A stretch of 64,000 nucleotides of DNA. Source: Candidatus Levyibacteriota bacterium. GTDB taxonomy: Bacteria > Patescibacteriota > Microgenomatia > Levybacterales > UBA12049. The notes beneath the pieces are model-generated. The model was not told the origin of the DNA and searched no databases. It saw only the letters and a program-made list of their open reading frames with translations. The stretch spans positions 48,236 through 112,235 of the forward strand of contig CP066685.1 in assembly GCA_016432345.1 (NCBI GenBank), given 5' to 3'. Positions 45,631 through 53,437 of this stretch are shown one piece after another; the stretch's first letter is position 1; each line of letters starts with the position of its first letter. Both the position numbers and the translations under genes were made by a program.

Positions 45631-46044
45631 TCATGCGGGTTTGTCGGAGAAAGTTGTTTTGTGATTATAAAAAAGCGTTGCAAATTTTTCCATAAATTCT
45701 TGTCGTCCAAGAAGTGGCGGTACAGAATCTCTCTCCAAAAACCCAACTGGCGCGATTATTTCCCTTGTTCCAAGTTTGATTTTTGTTTTTTCTAAAAGAT
45801 AGACGTTTTCGCTTCCGCCGATACCAATTGTTGAGAAACATTTGCAGTCTTTTTTAGGATCAATACCAAGGTATGAACTCATGTAATGTGGTAAAAGTGA
45901 ATAATCCGCGCCACTATCAATAATCATCCAAATGCCCACCCAGTCATTTTTAGATTTTGACCAAAACTTGATCCAAGCAACAGGTCGGTACACGGTGCCA
46001 AAAAGCGAAGAAGACGATTTCTCAAAAGCAAAACTTATTTCCAT
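45631..46044 (-). CDS. Retropepsin-like aspartic protease
   Basis: The IIDSGADYSLLP active-site motif (DSGA). Size is typical of single-domain clan AA proteases. Confidence 0.65.
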   Translation of the reverse strand: MEISFAFEKSSSSLFGTVYRPVAWIKFWSKSKNDWVGIWMIIDSGADYSLLPHYMSSYLGIDPKKDCKCFSTIGIGGSENVYLLEKTKIKLGTREIIAPVGFLERDSVPPLLGRQEFMEKFATLFYNHKTTFSDKPA

Positions 46045-46247
46045 AGAAGGACAAGGCTTTCTGCTTTGGGGATATAGGTAACAGTAGGCGTTGCGTTTGG
46101 ATACTTGCTGGTTGCCTTATTAAAAATTTTTATTGCTTCTTTTCCTGTTTTTGCGGTAAACAGATGCCCTGCAATTAAAACAATATGTTTTCCTTGCAAT
46201 TTTGGATCTTGCAAAATTTTTTTGATGTCAGAAGAATGCGTTATCAT
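46035..46247 (-). CDS. DUF5678-like small protein
   Basis: 70 aa. GKHIVLIAGHLFTAKTGKEAIKIF resembles DUF5678. Overlaps the protease gene by 10 nt. Confidence 0.45.
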   Translation of the reverse strand: MITHSSDIKKILQDPKLQGKHIVLIAGHLFTAKTGKEAIKIFNKATSKYPNATPTVTYIPKAESLVLLWK

Positions 46248-46337
46248 ATAAATTGATCATACCAAAGCAGAAGGAATAATACAATAAAAAGAAGGTACTA
46301 TATTACTTGGTGAATTTGAAGGTTTGGAGGATTTTGG

Positions 46338-47204
46338 TTACAGCTCGATTAGCTGAGTGTTTTCTTTGCCTTTGTCTTTGACAAATTCTAAGTATCTTTC
46401 AGTTGTTGAGATGCGTTTGTGGCCGAGGATTTTGGAAAGCATCACCAAAGACACACCGTGTTTGATGTGGTGGGCAACAAAGGTATGGCGAAGGTCATTG
46501 ACCTTGGCATTTTTAATCTCTGCCAATCTAAAGTAGCGCTCGATAGCAGTTCTAATATTACGAATTAAGAAAGGTTTTCCAGATTTGGTCACAAAGATAC
46601 GTTCCTCTTTGGTTTGGGGTCTGATAGTTAGATATCGCTTTAATGCTTCTTTAGCTGGCCGATTAAGCGGTACCAGGCGTTCTTCGTGTTTTTCGTACGG
46701 GCGGATTTTAAGGGTGTCGTTTTGAATATCTTCGAGTCTAAGATTGGCAAGTTCGCCGATACGAATTCCTGTTTGGAGAAGGATTTCAATAACAGCAAAC
46801 ATACGTGCATCATCTCGCGCGGCATCCCTAAGAGCTCGATACTCCATGGGTGTTAGAATTCGGGGTGGCGCAAGCTCGTAGCGGGGATGAGAGACTAAAA
46901 GAGATGGGTCATCTGTTATGTATTCGTTTACTTTAAGAAAGCGGTAGAATGTTCGAGTAGAGTTGAGTTTTCGGGAAATAGTTTTTGGCGTATAGCCAGT
47001 GCCGGTAAGTTTTGCCAAGAATGCTTCAAGATCGTTTTTGGTTACCTCGTGAACGTGATTTTTTTTCATTTCCTCCAAAAAAGAGATCAGCTGATCAATA
47101 TCTTTTCCGTATGCTACAATGGTAGCATTGGAGTGTTTTTTACCTTTGAGGAAATTAGTAAATTCCTGGTGGGCATCTCGTAATTTAACTTGCTTGCTGT
47201 TCAT
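46338..47204 (-). CDS. Tyrosine recombinase XerC/XerD-like
   Basis: N-terminal SAM-like domain. Catalytic region GIRIGELANL, LRHTFVAHHI and GHKRISTTERYLE. Confidence 0.85.
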   Translation of the reverse strand: MNSKQVKLRDAHQEFTNFLKGKKHSNATIVAYGKDIDQLISFLEEMKKNHVHEVTKNDLEAFLAKLTGTGYTPKTISRKLNSTRTFYRFLKVNEYITDDPSLLVSHPRYELAPPRILTPMEYRALRDAARDDARMFAVIEILLQTGIRIGELANLRLEDIQNDTLKIRPYEKHEERLVPLNRPAKEALKRYLTIRPQTKEERIFVTKSGKPFLIRNIRTAIERYFRLAEIKNAKVNDLRHTFVAHHIKHGVSLVMLSKILGHKRISTTERYLEFVKDKGKENTQLIEL

Positions 47205-47250
47205 AAAAGCCTATAATATCATTCAAAAAGATATAAGTCAAGGGTGAAAA

Positions 47251-47598
47251 ATGAAAAAAATAATTTTTTTAACCATTATTATTGTTTCTTTTTTTGTGAT
47301 TCAAAGCTTAGCGCGTTCAATTTATACGCTTTTTAGTAAGCATGATTTACTTGTGAAAGCTGAAAATGAATTAAGGCAAAAAAAAAGGGAAAACCAAGAG
47401 CTTAAGAATAGACTTTTGATTGTTGAGGACGAAGGGTTTGTAGAACAAGAAGCGCGAAACAAGCTATTTTTACAAAAACCAGGAGAGAGCAGAGTGATTG
47501 TTGATAAGCGTCTTATAGAAGCAATTTTAGGCAAAAAAACTGCAGTAAAAGAAGAACAAAAACCCAGTTGGCAAAAGTGGTGGGAGCTGTTTTTCTAA
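47251..47598 (+). CDS. Septum formation initiator (FtsB/DivIC family)
   Basis: TM anchor, coiled coil, and EDEGFVEQEARNKLFLQKPGE, which is typical of the family. Confidence 0.65.
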   Translation: MKKIIFLTIIIVSFFVIQSLARSIYTLFSKHDLLVKAENELRQKKRENQELKNRLLIVEDEGFVEQEARNKLFLQKPGESRVIVDKRLIEAILGKKTAVKEEQKPSWQKWWELFF

Positions 47599-48643
47599 TG
47601 TTTCTGTAGAATCCCATGACATCTCGTACACTTTTGCTATGATAGAAAGTAGTGAAAGTAATGATAACAAGCGAGCAACAAGAAATACTAAGAAAACTCG
47701 ATCAACGCTCTCGTACGAGATTGCGTTGGGTCTTAGCATATGAGCAGATTAAAAAGGTATCTTCAGTCTGCCGTTACTTTGGAGTTTCCCGCTCCACTTT
47801 TTACGTCTGGTATCAGTGATACTTGAGTTTTGGAGTTGAAGGATTAAAGGATAGATCTACCCGTCCTCATAAGATCTCAAGCAAAATCCCAGCAGATATT
47901 GTTCAAACAGTTATTACTCTTCGAAATCAACGCAAGTACGGGCCAAAGAGGATGTTATATTCTCTTAAAGAGAAATACAACTGGTATATCTCCAAAATAA
48001 CCATCTGGAGGATGTACAAAGAGCATGGATTAAACAGATTAAAATACAAAAGGAGATGGCAGAGATACCCACAAAAGTATTCTAAACCACTTCCTGGGGG
48101 GACAGGATACAGATAGATGTCAAGTTTTTGGATAATTTGGAGTTTGAGAGTAAACGGTATTATCAATTTACCGCAATTGACGATTGCACCCGGTATCGAG
48201 TCCTTCGTATTTATGACCATAATACCGTTAAAAACGCAACAGATTTTGTTAGTCAAATCAAAAAAATCCTCCCTTTTGCCATCCAACAAATCCAAACAGA
48301 TAATGGTTCTGAATTTTCAGAGGAATTTAGCTGGTATTTACAAGACCTTGGCATCAACCATAGAAAAACAAAAGTACGATCACCTGAAGAGAATGGGAAG
48401 GTCGAAAGATCACACAGAACTGATAATGAGGAGTTCTATCAGATCAATCGTTTTGTTTCGATTACCCACTGCATTAAACTTCTCAAAGAGTGGGAAAAAG
48501 AGTACAATGAAAAAAAGACCACATATGGCATTACAGGGAAAAACACCAAAAGAATATCTGATGGAGAAACTTAAAAACCATGCCCTAAACCGTACTGGAA
48601 ATTTCCCTGTCAAAAGTGTAGTGGATGTGGGTTAGACAATACA
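47599..48643 (+). mobile_element. IS481-family insertion sequence, decayed
   Basis: 1045 bp. Imperfect terminal inverted repeats: TGTTTCTGTAGAATCCCATGACATCTCGTACACTTTTG versus the reverse complement of the right end, TGTATTGTCTAACCCACATCCACTACACTTTTG. Contains a broken DDE transposase. Confidence 0.7.
47661..48635 (+). pseudogene. IS481-type DDE transposase pseudogene
   Basis: HTH part MITSEQQEILRKLDQRSRTRL...STFYVWYQ, then an in-frame TGA at 47817-47819. A frameshift occurs at a G6 run near 48095 (…PLPGG / DRIQIDVKFLD…) and another at an A7 run near 48505 (…EKEYNEKK / RPHMALQGKTPKEYL). The rve core reads FTAIDDCTRY...TDNGSEF...NGKVER. Confidence 0.8.
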
Positions 48644-48645
48644 TG

Positions 48646-48717
48646 TACCAGGGGTGGGGATCGAACCCACAACCGTAGCGTTATGAATGCTGTGCTCCAC
48701 CATTGAGCTACCCTGGC
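48646..48717 (-). tRNA. tRNA with CAU anticodon (Met or Ile2), imperfect
   Basis: Acceptor GCCAGGG/CCCTGGT (G1:U72), D arm GCTC/GAGC, anticodon loop TTCATAA, T arm GTGGG-TTCGATC-CCCAC. The anticodon stem CAGCA/CGCTA has two mismatches. Its 3' end lies 2 nt from the IS end. Confidence 0.6.
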
Positions 48718-49412
48718 AAATTACTGCTTATTCTATCAAACTTTAGTCCTTCAATCCAACCTTTCATTTTCAATAAGGAGTCTAAACTATCTTTAACATG
48801 AATTCGCAAGACTCCGTGATAATTATCAGTATTATACTGCTTTTTCCATTTTGAATTTTGATAAAATGGTTTTGTAAACTGTTTTAAGGGAATCTCTATT
48901 AGGCGTGACCAATAAACTTGAATTTCTTCTACTTTATTTTTATAAGAAATATTAAGAGTTAGTCTTGCTACAATACGATCTTTACGTATCTTTAAGCATC
49001 TTTTAAGCCATTTTATGTAAAATTGAATCATTGCTGGGTCAGAATTGCAGAATCCCAAACGACTTTCGTGAATGTTTTTAAAGCCTTCTGCCCAATAAAG
49101 AGCTACGCCTGCAATAAACAAATCTCTAAAAGAAAGATCATTGATATAATTTTTACCCTCTTCTAGCAGATTTTTTTCCTTTCGCTTTCGAACTTCTTTT
49201 AGTTCGTTTTGTGCTTTTTTTCTACCATCTTGTAGTGCTTTTTGTGCTCTCTGTTTCAAATTATAGAATTGTGCTTCAGAAAGTTTGATATGAGGAATCC
49301 AGGTACGAATGGTAGTTATTGGAATTCCTGTAGCTTTTTTTATTTGATTTAAGCTCCATCCAGATGATCTAAGGTTCATGACTTTTTCTTTAGTTGCTTG
49401 ATTGTAGCGCAT
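48708..49412 (-). CDS. HTH plus LAGLIDADG-like endonuclease-type protein (free-standing)
   Basis: N-terminal Hin-like HTH (SSGWSLNQIKKATGIPITTIRTW), a basic linker, then DLFIAGVALYWAEGFK as a single LAGLIDADG-like motif. The last 10 nt overlap the tRNA 5' end. Confidence 0.5.
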   Translation of the reverse strand: MRYNQATKEKVMNLRSSGWSLNQIKKATGIPITTIRTWIPHIKLSEAQFYNLKQRAQKALQDGRKKAQNELKEVRKRKEKNLLEEGKNYINDLSFRDLFIAGVALYWAEGFKNIHESRLGFCNSDPAMIQFYIKWLKRCLKIRKDRIVARLTLNISYKNKVEEIQVYWSRLIEIPLKQFTKPFYQNSKWKKQYNTDNYHGVLRIHVKDSLDSLLKMKGWIEGLKFDRISSNLPG

Positions 49413-49485
49413 AAACTTATTATGAATAATAAATTGCTGTATGTCAATAAGACAACTTTATTATAAGTAGCTATGCAACATGATG

Positions 49486-49514
49486 TTGACTAATAGAGAA
49501 AATTTTGTTAGTAT
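49486..49514 (+). promoter_or_regulatory. Sigma70-like promoter for the structured RNA/leader
   Basis: TTGACT, 17 nt, TAGTAT. Confidence 0.35.
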
Positions 49515-49520
49515 GTAAAT

Positions 49521-49800
49521 TACGCGCGGGGTAGTGTAGAGTGCACGTGAGGCTCAAAATGGGCCCTTTTATTAGTAATAATGAGAGAGAACTTAGCTAT
49601 ATCGGTAAAATCCCCCTTCGCATAAAGTTTTGGAGGGACAATACCGAGGGAATCCGCAAACTGGCGGAACACCGTAGAGACTACACGCTAAGCTCCCGAT
49701 ACTATCGGGATGATGATATAGTCCGACACTCCAAGCAATTGGAGAAACAGATCGCATAATCTCACAGGCTGGGCGCAACTCCCAGCCCCGCAACACATTT
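49521..49800 (+). ncRNA. Unclassified structured RNA (stand-alone sRNA or long 5' leader of the MFS gene)
   Basis: Hairpins: CGGTA...TACCG (49603-49646) enclosing TCCCCC/GGAGGGA; TCCGC-AAACTG-GCGGA (49653-49668); CCCGAT-ACT-ATCGGG (49695-49709); CTCCAA-GCAA-TTGGAG with a GNRA loop (49729-49744); GGCTGGG-CGCAACT-CCCAGCC (49767-49787) followed by a T5 run. A possible closing helix is GCGGGG/CCCCGC. The ORFs on both strands look like noise. Confidence 0.4.
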
Positions 49801-49832
49801 TTCTTCCAGACCCCTTTTGCTATACTAGCAGA

Positions 49833-51014
49833 GTGAACAGGATTATTCGGGAGCTTTTTTTGCTGCATGTTTTAAACGATGGTGTTCGTACCACCTTTGT
49901 TGTTTTACTGCCATTTATTGCCAAAGATTTACTGCTTCCTTACACCTACGTTGGGTTTTTAGGATCATTTCAATCACTGGCAGGTACTATTTTGGCTTTG
50001 CCGGCTGGTTTTATTGCCGCTAGAATTGGCGGGCTTCATTTGTTAGCCAGCTTGTTAATTATCTATAGTTTGGGTGCTTTGGGAGTAGGTTTTTCACCAA
50101 ACATAGTTTTATTAACCATATTTTTTGCTTTAGGCGCCATTGGGTTTGGCATGTTTCATACAGTCAGTTATTCAGTGGTTGCCAAAAGTGCTGAAAAATC
50201 ATCTGTTGGCAAGCTTATGGGAGATTTTACCTCGGTTGGAGATATTGGCAGACTGGGTTTGCCCCCGCTGGCTCTTTTTATTGCTTCTTTAATTGGCTGG
50301 CGAATGACAATGTTTTTTTTAGCTGCAGTTGGTTTTGCAACATATGTTTTTATCCGCTTTTTATCTCCTTCAAAAGATATATATAAATTCCGAAGGTCAA
50401 GCAATGTCGAGCATCATCGAGACTTTTTCAAAATCACATTGCTGCTTTTGCGCATTGAAAAACTGCTGTTAATTCTTTTTGCTGCTATTATAGATTCGTT
50501 GGCTGGCGGGGCAATGGCTGTGTTTTTGCCTTTCTTACTTTTATCAAAAGGTATTACTTCTCAACAATTAGCATTTGTAATGGGAATATATTTTTTGGGC
50601 AGTCTGTTAGGTAAATCTCTTCTTGGTCGGGTAGTAGACAAGTTTGGCAATGCCAAAGTTTTTGTATTATCCGAGCTTTGTATGTCAATTATACTTTTTT
50701 TGCTTATTGATACATCAGTTATTTATTTTATTTTCTTTTTAGCCATTTTTTTAGGCGCTTTTACCAGAGGAACAAATCCAGTTGTTTTAACAATGCTGGC
50801 TGGTATTACTGATCAAATTCACTATAACAAAGTTTATGCAGTAAGCGAAATTTCTATTACTGCTGCCTCAACCATTACAGGTGTTGTCATGGGTATTGTT
50901 GCCGATAAAGCAGGCATCACAACGGTTTTCTATGTCCTAGCAACGTTAGCATTTTTGGCGATTTTTCCTATTCTGCCAGTTCTTTTTGGCAAAATTCGCC
51001 TAAATCACCTATAA
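49833..51014 (+). CDS. MFS transporter
   Basis: 393 aa with about 12 hydrophobic segments. GTG start. Confidence 0.8.
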   Translation: MNRIIRELFLLHVLNDGVRTTFVVLLPFIAKDLLLPYTYVGFLGSFQSLAGTILALPAGFIAARIGGLHLLASLLIIYSLGALGVGFSPNIVLLTIFFALGAIGFGMFHTVSYSVVAKSAEKSSVGKLMGDFTSVGDIGRLGLPPLALFIASLIGWRMTMFFLAAVGFATYVFIRFLSPSKDIYKFRRSSNVEHHRDFFKITLLLLRIEKLLLILFAAIIDSLAGGAMAVFLPFLLLSKGITSQQLAFVMGIYFLGSLLGKSLLGRVVDKFGNAKVFVLSELCMSIILFLLIDTSVIYFIFFLAIFLGAFTRGTNPVVLTMLAGITDQIHYNKVYAVSEISITAASTITGVVMGIVADKAGITTVFYVLATLAFLAIFPILPVLFGKIRLNHL

Positions 51015-51023
51015 TAGCCTTTT

Positions 51024-51821
51024 ATGAACAATCAGCCGATTGGTGTTTTAGACTCTGGAGTTGGAGGATTGTCCATTTGGCAAGAAATTGTTAAACAGAT
51101 GCCTCGCGAATCCACAATCTATATTGCCGATTCCAAAAACTGTCCGTACGGCAGTCGAGCACCACACGAGATTTTCCCGCTCGCCAAGCGAATAGTGCAA
51201 TTTCTCCTTGAAAAAAAAGTAAAAGTAATTGTTGTTGCCTGCAATACTATTTCTGTTTGTGCATTAAAAGAGTTGCGCGGTGAATATAAAACTGTGCCAA
51301 TTGTTGGTATTGTGCCGGTTATAAAAACTGCGGCAATCAAGACAAAAAACAAATACATCGGTATTTTTTCTACAGTAACAACAGCTAAAAGCGGATACGA
51401 AAAGGAACTTATTAAAACATTCACAAGCGGTTGTAAAGTTACAAATATTGGCACAGAAAAGCTTGTTCCATTTATCGAGAGAGGAGATATTGATTCGGAG
51501 GAGGTTAAAAAGGTTATCAAAATTGTGACTAAGCCGTTTGTAAAAAATAACATTGATGTGATTGCGCTTGGGTGTTCGCACTTTCCGTTTTTAGCAAAGC
51601 CAATGCAAGAGATTTTAGGGAAAAACGTATTGATCTTGGATTCGGCAAGAGCGGTGGGGCGACATGTGGGACGAGTACTAACAAAGAATAATATGTTGAC
51701 ATCACGAAATAAAGCACAGCACCAGTTTTTTACCACGGGAAATGCAAATAAGTTTGAGAAGGTCGCAGAGAAATTAATTGGCGATACAATACGAGGAAAT
51801 GTTATATATGTACGACTTTAA
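51024..51821 (+). CDS. murI: Glutamate racemase
   Basis: IGVLDSGVGGLSI, VVACNT and LGCSHFPFL. Confidence 0.9.
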   Translation: MNNQPIGVLDSGVGGLSIWQEIVKQMPRESTIYIADSKNCPYGSRAPHEIFPLAKRIVQFLLEKKVKVIVVACNTISVCALKELRGEYKTVPIVGIVPVIKTAAIKTKNKYIGIFSTVTTAKSGYEKELIKTFTSGCKVTNIGTEKLVPFIERGDIDSEEVKKVIKIVTKPFVKNNIDVIALGCSHFPFLAKPMQEILGKNVLILDSARAVGRHVGRVLTKNNMLTSRNKAQHQFFTTGNANKFEKVAEKLIGDTIRGNVIYVRL

Positions 51822-53157
51822 AGATAAAAAAATTGCGGTTTTGGGAATGGGAATAGAGGGAGAATCAAGCGCAGAATTCCTTCGTAAGCGCGGTGCCAAT
51901 GTTGCAGAATTAGATCAGAAAATAGATAAAGATTATCTTGAGTATCTGGAAAAGTTTGACATGATTGTTAGAAGTCCGGGAATTAAAAGAAATCTTCCTC
52001 AACTTATTGAAGCAGAAAAAAAAGGAGTAATTATTACCTCCCAAACCAAACTTTTTTTTGATATGTGTCCCTGTCCAATTATTGGTGTGACCGGTACTAA
52101 AGGAAAGGGGACAACATCTGCGCTTATTTATGAAATGTTAAAAGAATCTGGTAAGGATGTGTATTTAGGTGGCAATATTGGTAATCCTCCATTTACATTT
52201 TTGGATAAACTTACTATTCAGTCAAAAGTGGTTTTAGAAATGTCTAGTTTTCAACTGCAAGACATGACTGTAAGTCCGCACATTGGTGTTGTTTTAATGA
52301 TTACTCAAGAACATTTAGCTCCTGATAAAAAAGACAGTCCAGACCAGAATTTTCATACCGATATTTATGAATATATTGATGCCAAAAGAAACATTATTCG
52401 TTTTCAGAGCAATAAAGATTTTGCAGTAATCAATAGAGACTATATTGCCAGTAACGAGTCGGATATCACAACCGCGGGAAAAGTATTTCATGTCAGCCGC
52501 GAGCAGGGAGTTAGTCAGGGAGCATATGTAAAAAATAATGTAGTATTCTTGCGGTTTAACGATAAAGAGCAAAAAATTATTGATGCAAAAGACGTCTTGC
52601 TTCGGGGTGGACATAATTTGGAAAACGTGTGTGCAGTGGTGATGGCGGCAACGCTTTCCGGCGTAACGGCTAAAAATATAGTTTCAGTCTTAACCAGTTT
52701 TCGAGGACTGGAACATAGGCTGCAGTTTATTGGCCAAGTGAGTGGAGTTGAGTATTATGACGATTCGTTTTCGACTACTCCCGAAACTGCTATTGCGGCA
52801 ATCCAGGCCTTTACCGAGCCGGAGGTTTTAATTCTGGGAGGCGCACATAAGGGGAGCGATTTTACCGAGTTAGGCAGGGTTATTAGTGAAGCAAAAAATA
52901 TCAAAGCCATTATCGGCATCGGCATTGAGTGGAGCAGGATAAAATCAACTATACGCTATACGCTAAACGCTATGCGTTATATTGAAGGATGTGGGGATAT
53001 GCAGGAGATTGTACGAAAGGCAGCCGAGGTGGCAAAGCCGGGGGATGTGGTGGTATTGAGTCCTGCCTGTAGTAGTTTTGATATGTTTAAAAATTACAAA
53101 GACCGGGGCGAGCAGTTTAAGAGGGAAGTTGGAAAATTAGAACTCTATACTCCATAA
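51808..53157 (+). CDS. murD: UDP-N-acetylmuramoylalanine--D-glutamate ligase
   Basis: IAVLGMGIEG, GVTGTKGKGTTS, GGNIGNP and LSPACSSFDMFKNYKDRG. ATG at 51808 is preferred. Confidence 0.9.
   Translation: MYDFKDKKIAVLGMGIEGESSAEFLRKRGANVAELDQKIDKDYLEYLEKFDMIVRSPGIKRNLPQLIEAEKKGVIITSQTKLFFDMCPCPIIGVTGTKGKGTTSALIYEMLKESGKDVYLGGNIGNPPFTFLDKLTIQSKVVLEMSSFQLQDMTVSPHIGVVLMITQEHLAPDKKDSPDQNFHTDIYEYIDAKRNIIRFQSNKDFAVINRDYIASNESDITTAGKVFHVSREQGVSQGAYVKNNVVFLRFNDKEQKIIDAKDVLLRGGHNLENVCAVVMAATLSGVTAKNIVSVLTSFRGLEHRLQFIGQVSGVEYYDDSFSTTPETAIAAIQAFTEPEVLILGGAHKGSDFTELGRVISEAKNIKAIIGIGIEWSRIKSTIRYTLNAMRYIEGCGDMQEIVRKAAEVAKPGDVVVLSPACSSFDMFKNYKDRGEQFKREVGKLELYTP
52949..52976 (+). repeat. Heptad array (CTATACG CTATACG CTAAACG CTATGCG) in frame inside murD
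   Basis: Same element type and same reading frame as the copy in pduO. Encodes STIRYTLNAMRY. Confidence 0.9.
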
Positions 53158-53387
53158 TTTTGCAAGCTCCTCTTTAAGTTTTTTGTTCTCTTTTTGCTTG
53201 AGGCTAAAGTTGCGGTTGAACTCAAAACTGCGCAAGCGCGCAAACTCTCCCCCGGGCATCACATCATTTCTCAATAGTGCATAATAGAATTATGAGCAGT
53301 TATTTGTGGGACTAAGACGAAAAAAAAGATAAAAAAGATAAAGAAGATCATCAAGATGCAAACTAATATTATAGGATACAATGGTGC

Positions 53388-53415
53388 TTGACATGGTAAG
53401 GTGAAAGCGTATAAA
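53388..53415 (+). promoter_or_regulatory. Sigma70-like promoter of guaB-guaA
   Basis: TTGACA, 16 nt, TATAAA, then AAGGAG 9 nt before the GTG at 53438. Confidence 0.45.
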
Positions 53416-53437
53416 ATAGACTAAGGAGCCGTATAAA

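Noticed and set aside
47817-47819. In-frame TGA in the IS481 transposase as evidence for UGA recoding (genetic code 4 or 25)
   Set aside because: TGA clearly terminates comM (15109-15111, ATGA overlap with the next start) and nrdJ (38275-38277). The IS also carries two frameshifts, so simple decay explains it.
49521-49800. RNase P RNA, SRP RNA, 6S RNA, or FMN, glycine or T-box riboswitch identity for the structured RNA
   Set aside because: The diagnostic motifs are absent or in the wrong order. These include GAGGAAAGUCCGGGC paired at long range with ACAGAAnCCGGCUUA, GGAAGCAGCC, the T-box sequence, and the FMN J-regions. Only short chance-level similarities such as AUAGUCCG were found.
53158-53290. 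Small minus-strand ORF (MPGGEFARLRSFEFNRNFSLKQKENKKLKEELAKL...) overlapping the murD 3' end
   Set aside because: It is about 43 aa and overlaps a well-supported gene, with no recognisable family. It is likely spurious or a relic.
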